DNA of 59,417 nucleotides from Promethearchaeati archaeon (GCA_013166775.1 JABLTJ010000019.1:1-59417), one strand, 5' to 3'; positions 1 to 10,398 are shown, counted from the stretch's first letter. Notes: generated by a model from the sequence alone, not told the origin. Numbers and translations: made by a program.

Positions 1-2023
1 CGAAATCAAATATTTCAGTATCTAGAAACCGTTTATTATCGTAACTGTCTTTACTTGTGAGAATTGTCGGTGATTCTTGATCTAATGTAAAAACAAACGT
101 ATAAATGTGTTCTTCATCAAAAGTGTCAAAAGTTATTATTGTCAGTGTATGAATACCTATTGGTGAATCAGGAAGAACATTACTTTCATTAAGTGTGAGT
201 ATTGAATTAAAGTAATAAGCATCAATTGTTCCATTCTTTTCAGGTTCAGCATTCCAATAGAATATTATTGTACCATTAATACTGATAATAGTTACTTCAA
301 TAGTATTATTACCTTGGTAAAAGGAATCATCATTCACGTTTCTTAGCTCAACGAAATGAGAACTTATATCCGTAGTAAAGTTAAATTTTGAACTTATTGA
401 GTTACCGATTGTATCGTTAACAGATACGTATAGCCAGTGCTCTCCAGCTGATTCAGGTAGGTAGGTACGATAAATACTTCCTAGAAAGGGGGTCCAAGAT
501 AAATTATCTCTAGTATCCCATTTATAGTATACTTGATCCACTCCTGCATAATCTGTTATATTCACATCTATACTTTTTCCAGCAGGTTGAGAAGTATCAT
601 TTACAACATTTTGAAGAACAACCAGCGGAGGATTATTATCAAATTCGAAAACATAGAAAAATGTATCCATCCCAAAATAGTCATAGGTTATTATAGTAAG
701 ATTATGGACTCCTGAATAAGCAGGTGCAATAAGCTCATAATTTAAAACTGTTAAATTCTGAGCACCACTACTATCCCACTCGTACATTGCATAATCTATA
801 GAATAGGGAGTGAAATAGAGTGTATACCCTATTCTAATTAGTGAGTTATTTGAAGGGGAATTTAAAACAATATTAGTTCCTGATGTATCGCAACCGATTT
901 CATAAATCTCTGTTTTGTTGTTATTAAATTCATCTAAAGCTTGAATTTCTAAAGTATGCCACCCATATGTAAATGGTAAATCTGTTGTCGTTGATGTATC
1001 AAAATCAATCAAGGAACCTCCATCCCACCTATAAGAGCTACTGTTAGCTCCTGATACATCAATATTAATGGTCTTATCTTCTCGATAAACAGTATTATTA
1101 TTAATCCCTGAAACAGTTATTTCAGGATAACTTGAGTCATACATTTTAAATTGAACACCAAGCATATATTCTGTCTTGTCAATTGAATAAGTATTTGAAT
1201 ATTCACCATCATTAATATTCCATGTTAAAGAGCCACTAGCTTTTTCTCCTGCGTGTAAAGACAGTCTACCTGTTCTACTCAATGTAGATAGTTTTGCTTC
1301 ATAAACTGTTTTCAGTCTAAATCCTGCTGGTATAATTACTGGAGAACCTAGTGTGTAATTATAGGTCCTTTTTTGCGTGGCCAATTGTTCAGGAAGTGTA
1401 TCTTCTATAGACAATATTTCACTTGTAGTTGAATCAGTAGAATTGAAAAGTAAAAGTTTTATTCTGAAAGTCACTATTTGTGTTCCTTCTCCAGAAGTAA
1501 AATCGGTGCTCAGAAAAGTCATGAAATGGACTTTTCCATCTATATATGTTTCATCTTCAAAAACAGGACTAAACATTGCAGATACTGGATAATGAGGTAA
1601 TTTATATTTCAAATAATAATAAGTATCAATTTGATCAGGCCAAAGGTCTGGGACAGCTTGATAATTACTATCGATTTTGCATTCAAACGATAAAGAACTA
1701 TCCCATCCTTCAACATATACATCCTCGTAAGCTCTCCATTCTACAACGTCTCCATCAGAATCTATATCAATAAAATTATCTTGCGAAAAGAATCCTCTGA
1801 GCTGATAATCTCCAGGAGTTTCTATAGTTTTAACTCTAAAAGAAGAATCAGGTTTTTCATGATTAGTTCTCTCAGAAATGTCTGAAGGATTAATGGAATT
1901 ATCAATCTCGGAAGGATTAAATAATTCATTCTCATCAAATAGATCTGGATTAAGATAGAGTGTTGAACTAAAGAATAATGTGACAAAAAATACCGTTCTC
2001 AAAAAGTCCACAAAGTTTACCAT
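1..2023 (-). CDS. Large secreted/surface protein with tandem Ig-like (Big-type) repeats; partial, runs off the window start
   Basis: Not in the ORF track. Manual translation from ATG at 2023 gives MVNFVDFLRTVFFVTLFFSSTLYL (hydrophobic signal) and stays open in the parts I read. Repeats: GWHTLEIQALDEFNN, GEHWLYVSVNDTIGN, GIHTLTIITFDTFDE, DNNPPLVVL, DQESPTIL. Many N-x-S/T sequons. Confidence 0.8.
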   Translation of the reverse strand, partial: MVNFVDFLRTVFFVTLFFSSTLYLNPDLFDENELFNPSEIDNSINPSDISERTNHEKPDSSFRVKTIETPGDYQLRGFFSQDNFIDIDSDGDVVEWRAYEDVYVEGWDSSLSFECKIDSNYQAVPDLWPDQIDTYYYLKYKLPHYPVSAMFSPVFEDETYIDGKVHFMTFLSTDFTSGEGTQIVTFRIKLLLFNSTDSTTSEILSIEDTLPEQLATQKRTYNYTLGSPVIIPAGFRLKTVYEAKLSTLSRTGRLSLHAGEKASGSLTWNINDGEYSNTYSIDKTEYMLGVQFKMYDSSYPEITVSGINNNTVYREDKTINIDVSGANSSSYRWDGGSLIDFDTSTTTDLPFTYGWHTLEIQALDEFNNNKTEIYEIGCDTSGTNIVLNSPSNNSLIRIGYTLYFTPYSIDYAMYEWDSSGAQNLTVLNYELIAPAYSGVHNLTIITYDYFGMDTFFYVFEFDNNPPLVVLQNVVNDTSQPAGKSIDVNITDYAGVDQVYYKWDTRDNLSWTPFLGSIYRTYLPESAGEHWLYVSVNDTIGNSISSKFNFTTDISSHFVELRNVNDDSFYQGNNTIEVTIISINGTIIFYWNAEPEKNGTIDAYYFNSILTLNESNVLPDSPIGIHTLTIITFDTFDEEHIYTFVFTLDQESPTILTSKDSYDNKRFLDTEIFDF

Positions 2024-2111
2024 AATAATCCTCTTAAAATAAAAATTATTTTCAAAACTAATAAATATTAATATACTGACAATAGAATTAGGTTTAAAAG
2101 TGTCTTGTAGA

Positions 2112-2669
2112 TTATTGTTCTTCCCATATTTCTTGAATTATATCAATTAGTCCTTCATCAAATATCGTAGTAGCGTAAACCTTTGCCCTAGATATTTTAT
2201 CTAATTCGAATAATTCAGAAAACTTCTCAATTAACCGTGATGCTTCTTTTTTGGAAACTAAATCTACCTTATGAGCAAAAACAATTATTTGAGTATTTTC
2301 ATTAAAATCTAGTGCATTTTGACAAACCTGTTTGAGATAATAATTTGCTTTCTCAAAAAGATCAGGATTTGCTACATCTACAACAAAGAAAAGTGTTCGT
2401 AAATGGGAAAAAACACTCTCTTTATAAGTGTTGAGTGATTCTTCTAAAAATTGTATCTGCCCTCCTACTTCTATGATGCTTACGATTTGCCCTGATAATT
2501 CAATTTTCTTCTTTCGGAAACGTAAAGTAGCTTGGTTGTCCAGTGTAGATTCAGGATTCATGCCTTCAAATGCTACCTGGATAATAGAGGTCTTGCCTGA
2601 TTGAGATAAACCAACAAATAATATTCTATCTGTTATATCTTCAGAATCTAGATATGCCATATTACGCAC
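2112..2669 (-). CDS. Small GTPase, Rag/Gtr1-like (likely start ATG 2660)
   Basis: G1 GLSQSGKTS, G2 ATL, G3 variant EVGGQ, G4 HKVD, G5 TTIFD. HKxD and TSI(W/F)D are Rag-type signatures. Confidence 0.75.
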   Translation of the reverse strand: MRNMAYLDSEDITDRILFVGLSQSGKTSIIQVAFEGMNPESTLDNQATLRFRKKKIELSGQIVSIIEVGGQIQFLEESLNTYKESVFSHLRTLFFVVDVANPDLFEKANYYLKQVCQNALDFNENTQIIVFAHKVDLVSKKEASRLIEKFSELFELDKISRAKVYATTIFDEGLIDIIQEIWEEQ

Positions 2670-2799
2670 TAAGTAGAATATGCACGACCAATAAGAAAAA
2701 CATTGTTATAAAGTCAATTCAGTATAGATTTCTATTTCAAGTATGTCAAGGGTAAATATTCCAGATAAATTTTAATAGTGAAAACTGGAAAATCAATCT

Positions 2800-3715
2800 A
2801 TGTTGTTAAGAGATAAAGATAGACCAGTTCTGATTACTGGAGCTTTGTACTGGTATAGGAAGAAAAACTACAGAGTTGCTAATAGAAAAGGGAAAGAGAG
2901 TATATGCTTGTGCTAGAAAGGCAAAGCATATTGCTGAACTAGATAAATTCCCAAATACAACCACATTTCGATTAGATGTAACTAAAACAGATCAAATTTC
3001 AAAAGCAGTTCAACAGATAAAAGAGATGGATGAGGGTTTGTATGGTCTTGTTAATAACGCAGGTATTGTAAATTTTGATCCAATTTTTACTCATGTTGAG
3101 GAAGCAGTTATGGAGGTGTTTGAGATAAATGTGTTTGGAGTTCAAAGAGTTATAGATTCGATGTTATCCTTCTTATTTGAGTCAAAAGGAAGAATTGTTA
3201 ACATTGGTTCAATTAGTGGTGTATTAACAGGTCCTTTTAATGGATTATATAGTATGAGTAAACATGCTTTAGAAGCTTATTCTGATGCACTTTACCCCAA
3301 TTTAACAGAAGCTGGTATTAAGATTAGTATTATTGAACCAGGAAATTTCAAATCAGAGATTGAAAAAACTATGTTTGAGAAAAGAAAAATAGAGAAAAAA
3401 GAATTAAGAATTTTCATGACTGATAAGCAAAAGCAAATGCAATTAAGGGAATTTGAAAAGAATCTTTCTAGACCTAATTCTTATCCTGAACCCATTACAG
3501 TTGCAAAAGCATTATTTGATGCACTATATTCAGATAATCCAAAACTTAAGTATATAGTGACTAGTGAGTAAAAAGAAGCAGAATGGGATGTCAAAAAAAT
3601 GTTTCAAGAATTGACTCAAATGAACTTTAATCATGCTCATAGCTACAAAAGTGAAGAGCTGATTCAGATGTTAGACGATACTCTCAAAGCGGGATTAGAA
3701 GAAGGGAAAGTTTAA
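2800..3715 (+). pseudogene. Short-chain dehydrogenase/reductase, disrupted (frameshift plus in-frame stop)
   Basis: ATG 2800 reads MLLRDKDRPVLITGA. An extra T near 2845 splits the TGxxxGIG motif. The ORF 2876..3571 has NNAG and YSMSK. After TAA 3569-3571 the frame continues KEAEWDVKKMFQELTQMN...ELIQMLDD to TAA 3715. Confidence 0.8.
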
Positions 3716-3824
3716 AGAACAGCTATTTGAGGTTAGGAATAATCTCTTTTGCTGATTCTTTAAACATTTATTATATTGATTTCAAAAATAAAAGAATAGA
3801 AATAAGAAGATAGAGTACTTTAAT

Positions 3825-4961
3825 TCAGAGATTATGTTTGTTTTTGACTCTTCTTTTTTTAAATTCAATAAAAGATACTATTGTTGTTATAATGATTATT
3901 CCTGATTTAAATGGGAAAGGAGTTTCTGATGTAATTATAGTGATTTGTAGAATTTCTAATCCATCGGATTTATCTGCGACAAATAGGATATCTTCATGTT
4001 TAAACAAACCTATAGCATCTCCTCCATCAACATAATTGAATAATTCTATTGGTTCTGTAATATTAGTTATATCATATACTCTTACTCCTGTAAAATAACT
4101 TGATTCCCAAAGAAGATTTTCTCCTGTGATAATGTTAACTGTATGCCCAATGCTGTTGTATGAAAATATGGGAAAAGGCTCATGAATATTTGATATATTA
4201 AATACTTCAAAACCGTAATCCCATGTCGAGAAGTAAAGTAAATCATCTTCTACAAATATATCCGTAACTTCACCTGAAGTATCATATCGAGCAATTTGAG
4301 TGGGAACAGATGTGTTAGTAACATTCAATATTCTTAAAGATGAGGTAGTATCGCTGATTTTGGCTCCAACAAAACAAAATTGTTCTTCTAAGAAAAGAGT
4401 TCTAACATCTCCTATATCAGTGAAATTTCCCAATTCAAATGGATCCTGGGGATCACTTACATCGATTATTTCTAATCCATCATATCCATTAGCTAAGAAG
4501 ACTAAGTTGTTTAAATATGAGACTTGAGAAGATCTTCCTCTATCATCAGTATACCCACCTAATTCAAAAGGATTCATTGGATCGGATATATCGTATATGA
4601 ATAAACCATCATAAAGACTGGAAGCATAAGCATACTGATCAAATACTACAACTGAATAAGAATGAGCTACTTCTACAAAGGCTAATTCTTTTGGATTCGA
4701 TGGATTTGTTACATTAATAATATGCAAACCAGAAAAATCATCAGCAACGTAAGCTATATTTTTAACAATTTGAACAGTACATGCACTCCCACCTGTTTCA
4801 ATTTGACCAAGTTCTGTTAATTCAACTGACTCATAAGAGATTTGAGCAGTATTAAATTTCAAACAAATAAGAAAATTTAGAATGAAAAATATAGTAAATA
4901 GAAAAATTATTTTTCTTTTAAGAATCATGATTTCACCAGTTTGATTCAAGCAATCGAACAT
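3825..4961 (-). CDS. LVIVD-repeat beta-propeller surface protein (likely start ATG 4928)
   Basis: About seven repeats such as AYVADDFSGLHIINVTNPSNP and LANGYDGLEIIDVSDPQDP. Signal peptide; C-terminal hydrophobic stretch plus KKRR. Confidence 0.85.
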   Translation of the reverse strand: MFDCLNQTGEIMILKRKIIFLFTIFFILNFLICLKFNTAQISYESVELTELGQIETGGSACTVQIVKNIAYVADDFSGLHIINVTNPSNPKELAFVEVAHSYSVVVFDQYAYASSLYDGLFIYDISDPMNPFELGGYTDDRGRSSQVSYLNNLVFLANGYDGLEIIDVSDPQDPFELGNFTDIGDVRTLFLEEQFCFVGAKISDTTSSLRILNVTNTSVPTQIARYDTSGEVTDIFVEDDLLYFSTWDYGFEVFNISNIHEPFPIFSYNSIGHTVNIITGENLLWESSYFTGVRVYDITNITEPIELFNYVDGGDAIGLFKHEDILFVADKSDGLEILQITIITSETPFPFKSGIIIITTIVSFIEFKKRRVKNKHNL

Positions 4962-5138
4962 TTTTTCTATACAAGAAGCACTTATAAGAATTTAGAGAGA
5001 ATATAAGCAGATCTTGATATAATTTAGTGTGTGAGGTTAAAATTGAACACTTAAACGAACTTGTAGTTCTAGATTGAATTTTAAGATTTATAGTTATAAG
5101 ATTAATTAGTTGTTTCTTTAGATAAAATTTAAGAATAT

Positions 5139-6662
5139 TTGAATATAGAGCTCATTATGAAAACAAAATACGAAAGATTGCTTAGCTTATACAAAGAAGC
5201 ACTTATTGTAGAAGAAGTATTGATGTTTCTCTATTGGGATAGAGATGTTACTATGCCCAAAGGAGGAGTCAAACAGAAAGCTGAACAAGTAGCTTATTTA
5301 TCACAGCTAGAACATGAGAAAAGAATTAAGCCTGAGATTGGTATTTTGCTTAAAGAAATTCAAAATCATTCAGATTATAATAGTTTTACAGAACTTGAGA
5401 AACGTAATGTCTTTCTTATTAATAGGCAATATTACAAAATAATCAATATCCCCCCTGAATTCGTTGGAGAGTTTAATAAACAGTGTGTAATTGCAAATGA
5501 TGCTTGGGAGAAAGCTAAAGATGAATCTGATTTTTCCCTTTTTCTTCCAGAATTGGAAAAGATGATAGACTTCAATAAAAAATATGCTCACTTCCTTAAT
5601 CCTGATATTGATCCCTACGATGCACTAATCGATTATAGTGAACCAGGAATGACACAAGAGAAATTTGAGAAAATTGTCAATCCACTCAAAGAAGCGACTG
5701 TACAATTATTGAAGAAGTGCATAGAAGCTGAAAAACAACCTAATCTTACTATTTTATCGCGTAAAGTTCCTATAAAGCTTCAGAAAAAACTGAATAATGA
5801 TGTTCTCAAACTTGTTGAGTATGACTTAAATAGGGGGAGATTGGATGAGACAGTTCATCCTTTTACTACTGGTAATTATGATGATGTCAGAATAACTACA
5901 AAATATTATGAAGATAATATGATAAGTGCTTTAATGAGCACAATGCATGAAGCAGGGCATGGCACCTACGAACAGAACGTAGGAAAAAACGGTAGATATC
6001 AACCCATCGGGATGTGGTGTTCTGATGGTATTCATGAGGGATGTGCTAGATTCTATGAAAATATTATCGGTCTTAGCAATCCTTTCTGGAAATTCTATTT
6101 TCCTAAATTAAAGGAAGTAACAGGAGAAATCTATTCAGAAGTATCATTAGAAGATTTTGTTTTTGCAATTAATAGAACTAAACCTACAGCGATAAGAACT
6201 GATGCTGATGAATTAACCTATAATTTACATATAATCCTTAGGTTTGAAATAGAAAGAGATTTGTTAAATGGAAGAATAAAAGTTGAGGACCTGCCTATAA
6301 TCTGGAGCAAAAAAATGAAAGATCTTTTGGATTATGAAGTTCAAAATGATGCTGAAGGTGTTCTGCAAGACATCCACTGGTCAGATGGTTTGATGGGATA
6401 TTTTCCTACCTATACACTTGGCAATATTTTCGGAGCTCAAATATTCTCCCAATTGAAGAAAGAGATTCCAAATTGGGAAACTCAAATTGAAAGTGGAAAT
6501 CTCAAAGTAGTTTTAGATTGGTTTAAGGTGAATGTTCATGAGAGAGGAAATATAAAAGATTCTCATGAAATGGTAAAAGAGATAACTGGTGAAGAAGTAA
6601 CCTCTGAATACCTGATAAACTATCTTCAAGAGAAATATACATATCTATACGACCTTGATTAA
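5139..6662 (+). CDS. Carboxypeptidase, M32 (Taq) family
   Basis: HPF, HEAGH (HExxH), IRTDADE, QDIHW, GYFPTYTLG; ~500 aa. Confidence 0.95.
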   Translation: MNIELIMKTKYERLLSLYKEALIVEEVLMFLYWDRDVTMPKGGVKQKAEQVAYLSQLEHEKRIKPEIGILLKEIQNHSDYNSFTELEKRNVFLINRQYYKIINIPPEFVGEFNKQCVIANDAWEKAKDESDFSLFLPELEKMIDFNKKYAHFLNPDIDPYDALIDYSEPGMTQEKFEKIVNPLKEATVQLLKKCIEAEKQPNLTILSRKVPIKLQKKLNNDVLKLVEYDLNRGRLDETVHPFTTGNYDDVRITTKYYEDNMISALMSTMHEAGHGTYEQNVGKNGRYQPIGMWCSDGIHEGCARFYENIIGLSNPFWKFYFPKLKEVTGEIYSEVSLEDFVFAINRTKPTAIRTDADELTYNLHIILRFEIERDLLNGRIKVEDLPIIWSKKMKDLLDYEVQNDAEGVLQDIHWSDGLMGYFPTYTLGNIFGAQIFSQLKKEIPNWETQIESGNLKVVLDWFKVNVHERGNIKDSHEMVKEITGEEVTSEYLINYLQEKYTYLYDLD

Positions 6663-6705
6663 TCTGATTTAAATTTACTAAGAGTAGAATGAGAGAAGTG
6701 ATAAA

Positions 6706-7560
6706 ATGAAAGATAGAACAGTAATTATTACAGGTGCAAATGCGGGAATAGGAAAAGCAACTGCTTTCAAAATAGCAGAGATGGAAGCGAATGTGATTTT
6801 AGTCTGTAGAAACATAAAGAAAGGAGAGCAAACTCTGAAGGAAATTCAAGAAAGCACTAATAACAACAATCTTGATCTAATGATTTGTGATTTCTCATCA
6901 TTGAAATCAATAAAGAGCTTTGTTTCTAATTTCAAAGAAAAATATGATAAGCTTGATGTACTCATCAATAACCATGGAGCTTTCTTTCTTAGAAAACAAC
7001 TAACTGAAGATGGTGTAGAGTCTACTTTTGCCGTTAATCATTTAGGATACTTCAGCTTAACTCTTCAAATGCTTGAATCACTCAAAGCAGGCACAAAACC
7101 TAGAATTGTAAATGTTTCATCAAGTTCCAACTACAGAATAAAAGAATGGGAATTAGATGATTATAATTGGGATAATAGAAAATACAATATGATGAAAGCC
7201 TATGCAGAATCCAAACTCTATAATATTCTTTTTACCTTCCTTTTAGCCAAAAAACTAAAGGAAACAAACATAACAGCTAATTGTCTTCATCCAGGATATA
7301 TTAAAACCAATATTGGTTTAAACAGTCCTTTTCTAAGACTTCTAAGACCATTAGTGAAGATAAAAGCAATGCCACTTGAAGAAGGAGCAAAGACTTCGGT
7401 TTATCTAGCTACGTCTAAGAAAGCAGAAGGAGCAACTGGAAAATTCTACAGCAAGATGGAAGAAAAAGAACCAAATAAGATAGCTTTTAACAAAGAAAAG
7501 CAAATGGAATTGTGGGATTTAAGTTTGAAATTAACAGGTTTAAACCGCATAGATACTTGA
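6706..7560 (+). CDS. SDR oxidoreductase, retinol-dehydrogenase-like subfamily
   Basis: TGANAGIG, FAVNHLGYF, YAESK, HPGYIKT, EEGAKT. Confidence 0.9.
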   Translation: MKDRTVIITGANAGIGKATAFKIAEMEANVILVCRNIKKGEQTLKEIQESTNNNNLDLMICDFSSLKSIKSFVSNFKEKYDKLDVLINNHGAFFLRKQLTEDGVESTFAVNHLGYFSLTLQMLESLKAGTKPRIVNVSSSSNYRIKEWELDDYNWDNRKYNMMKAYAESKLYNILFTFLLAKKLKETNITANCLHPGYIKTNIGLNSPFLRLLRPLVKIKAMPLEEGAKTSVYLATSKKAEGATGKFYSKMEEKEPNKIAFNKEKQMELWDLSLKLTGLNRIDT

Positions 7561-7613
7561 TTGAAAAATACACAAGACTTTTTTAATTTAAAAAAAGAAA
7601 AAAAAGGAGAAAG

Positions 7614-8639
7614 CTAGTAAATTGCTATGTTTCGTGTTGACCAATAGTCATAAGCATAGTACCAATGATTCTCAAATCCACAGTTTTCCAAATGCATCGA
7701 GGACATGATGTCATAATAATCTACTGGATTATAGATTTCACTTCCTCTTCCTCTAGTTGTTATTTTTAAGACGCCTATTGAATGACCAGCTTCATGCATT
7801 GTAACAACAAGTAAAGCTCCATCATGAGGGAGACCATAAGTTGATTCGAAATTGCTTATCATATCGCAACAAATCATAATATAGTTACCTCTTTGATTAG
7901 CTGTGTCAACATAGGTATAACCGCCAGTATTGGAATTTGAGTCTGATGAACCAAAGAGCATCCATTTTTCTTGACTGTCAAATACAGAAGAGCCTACAAT
8001 AGATCTTCTATCATCAGTGGTTCCTTCAGCTTGAAATTCCCAGTCATTGTAAATAGCTTCATAAGCGAAAAGATCTGAGACTACAGCTTCATATGGTACT
8101 TCATCATCTAAAACATAGTGCAAGTTTATAGCTCTATCGTGCCAATAGTCTACCCAATAATTTAGCAAAGCTTGAGAAGGTTCTAAACCAGTCATGTAAT
8201 CAATCTCATAGTAAAGATCAGCTACATAGTCTGCAACGATTACGAAAGTTGCTATATCAAAATCTACTTCTATCCCATTGTTTTCAGTCCAAGCTCTTAC
8301 AGTATGAGAGCCTAAAACGAGATTTAAACCAAAAGCAGCAAAATATCGATCAGTGGACAAATATTGAGATAAAGCAAGAGGTTGCCCATTATCAATTGAA
8401 TAGAAAACATCTGTAAAAGCTCCATCAGCTCTTACTATAATTTCTGTTGTTCTACCTTGTAGGAATATATCATCCTGAGTATCATAACCAATATTTCGAA
8501 TATCAACTGGATCAAGTTCATCTACGGGATCTTGCCAAGGTCTAGCATAGAAAGGTTGCATATTACTTGAGCTTTCAATAAAAATTATTGGAGCGATAGC
8601 TACAATAAAAATCAAACCTATAGAAATTTCTTTCTTCAT
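7614..8639 (-). CDS. Secreted zinc metalloprotease (zincin) with N-terminal Ig-like segment
   Basis: Signal peptide; HEAGHSIG zinc motif; downstream DIMS resembling a Met-turn. Confidence 0.7.
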   Translation of the reverse strand: MKKEISIGLIFIVAIAPIIFIESSSNMQPFYARPWQDPVDELDPVDIRNIGYDTQDDIFLQGRTTEIIVRADGAFTDVFYSIDNGQPLALSQYLSTDRYFAAFGLNLVLGSHTVRAWTENNGIEVDFDIATFVIVADYVADLYYEIDYMTGLEPSQALLNYWVDYWHDRAINLHYVLDDEVPYEAVVSDLFAYEAIYNDWEFQAEGTTDDRRSIVGSSVFDSQEKWMLFGSSDSNSNTGGYTYVDTANQRGNYIMICCDMISNFESTYGLPHDGALLVVTMHEAGHSIGVLKITTRGRGSEIYNPVDYYDIMSSMHLENCGFENHWYYAYDYWSTRNIAIY

Positions 8640-8833
8640 GTTTCACACCAAAGTGTAGGCAATATTTCGGAGTTAAATATATAAGTTTTTCCGAGAAATT
8701 TCTTTTTTTATAAATAGAATAAATTCATGTAATGCAAAAATAGTTAAAGAAAGGGGAAAAAAGCACTGTAATTGATAATGTAATTTTTCGGAATTTCTGC
8801 GATATATTTATATGTAAATTATCATTTAGTTTT

Positions 8834-9289
8834 ATGATGAAAAACAAATATTTCACACTTTTATTAGTTTCAATTACTTGTTTACTTCTCACTTTGGGAA
8901 GCATTTCTGCATTCCCACCTAGGACAGATTCAGCAGAAGTACATTCTGTGGAAGTTCTTGATGCCTATTACGTTGGAGCAGATATTTATACATCTATAGC
9001 AATTTGTGTACAAACGCAATCATCTACAGAAAATTACTACCTGCAGTTATCTCTGATAAATCCTTTAAGAGAAATCGAGAATCTGATTTTACATATAATT
9101 ACATCTTATGATAGTATTATCTTAGATATTGTTTTCTATGGTTATGCTACTGTTGCAGGAGATTATACAATCGAAGCTACAATTATCTCAAATGACAATG
9201 GATGGTTTGCTTTAACTGACATAATTATTTTTGATCCTCCTAGTGGCGGAAGTGAAGGAGATCCATATATTGGAATATCTATTAGATGA
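8834..9289 (+). CDS. Secreted beta-rich hypothetical protein with C-terminal FDPP motif (copy A)
   Basis: Signal peptide; alternating beta pattern; ends TDIIIFDPPSGGSEGDPYIGISIR; aligns with 47865..48323. Confidence 0.75.
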   Translation: MMKNKYFTLLLVSITCLLLTLGSISAFPPRTDSAEVHSVEVLDAYYVGADIYTSIAICVQTQSSTENYYLQLSLINPLREIENLILHIITSYDSIILDIVFYGYATVAGDYTIEATIISNDNGWFALTDIIIFDPPSGGSEGDPYIGISIR

Positions 9290-9312
9290 TCAAGGAATTT
9301 AGATGATTATTA

Positions 9313-10398
9313 ATGAACCCAAACTTCAAACTTCTTCAGTTTTTGCAAAAAAAACCAACAGCAAATTTTACGCAAATAGCTGAAGCTCTTGAAGTTACTG
9401 ATAAAACAGCTAAAGCGCATTATGATTTTCTTCTTAATGAAGAGTATATTGGAGGAGTAAGGGCAAAATATATTCCAGAAAGTATAGGTCTTGAAACAAA
9501 TACCTACCTTTTATCTCTACCAGATTTGAAGAGAGTAGAGCTTATAGAAGATTTAGCAGAGTTTCACAACTTTACAACTTTTCGAAACAGAATTATGGGG
9601 AATATCCAAGGATTATTAATACAGTTTGATGTTCCGGTCTATTCTGAGAAATTTCTAGAGGAACTATTTATCAAATTAGAAGAAATGAGTATTGTAGAAT
9701 CTTATGAAAAAATCCCTTCTCTTGGGATTAGACTAAGCACTAGTCCTGAATTTGAATATTTTAATGATAAAACAAGTGAATGGACTTGGGATTTCAAAGG
9801 ATGGAGCAAGAGATATAGAAATACTCCTTCAGAATTACCTTCAAAACTACCAAAAATCGTAGATGTAAAGAAAAAACTGAAATTGTTAGATATCAAACTT
9901 CTTACTGAAATAACTAAGGGTTCCAAATATCATCATAAGCAAATTGATTTTGCAAGAAGATTCAATGTTACACCTGTGCAAGTGACTAGACGGTTGAATT
10001 TTCTTAATATGTATGTTGTCAATTATAGGGTTTTATATGCTCGAGCAAAGATTCAAACAGTTGATTTAGTTTTATTCAGAGGAAAATGTTCTGAGGAGAG
10101 AAAAAATAAACTGTATAATCTAATTAAAAAATACCCAATTCCTTTTGATACAGGTTTTGAACTCCTTCGAGATGGTTTCTTATGGAGAATGAATATTCCT
10201 CCAGCATTTACGTCTTTGTTTAGTAATTTTCTGTGGGAAATTTGTTCCCGGGTAAACTTCTACAGATTTGATCATGCAAAGAGTAAATTATACTATTTTT
10301 ACGACCAAAATTTTGATTATGTATCTAGAGAGTGGAGAGCTACAAGAAAGGAAATGTATGAAGAACCATTAGACTGGATAAAAGGAGAAAAAATTTAG
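9313..10398 (+). CDS. Tandem wHTH / Lrp-AsnC-like transcriptional regulator (copy A)
   Basis: N-terminal HTH NFTQIAEALEVTDKTAKAH followed by PESIGL; second HTH LDIKLL...QIDFARRFNVTPVQVTRRL; homologous to 48371..49594. Confidence 0.75.
   Translation: MNPNFKLLQFLQKKPTANFTQIAEALEVTDKTAKAHYDFLLNEEYIGGVRAKYIPESIGLETNTYLLSLPDLKRVELIEDLAEFHNFTTFRNRIMGNIQGLLIQFDVPVYSEKFLEELFIKLEEMSIVESYEKIPSLGIRLSTSPEFEYFNDKTSEWTWDFKGWSKRYRNTPSELPSKLPKIVDVKKKLKLLDIKLLTEITKGSKYHHKQIDFARRFNVTPVQVTRRLNFLNMYVVNYRVLYARAKIQTVDLVLFRGKCSEERKNKLYNLIKKYPIPFDTGFELLRDGFLWRMNIPPAFTSLFSNFLWEICSRVNFYRFDHAKSKLYYFYDQNFDYVSREWRATRKEMYEEPLDWIKGEKI

Noticed and set aside
533-1773. Three short plus-strand ORFs (533, 1377, 1576)
   Set aside because: Antisense shadows of the long minus-strand surface-protein gene 1..2023.
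3569-3571. Stop-codon readthrough or an alternative genetic code in the SDR
   Set aside because: TAA, TAG and TGA all end intact genes normally in this window, and the same gene also has a frameshift.
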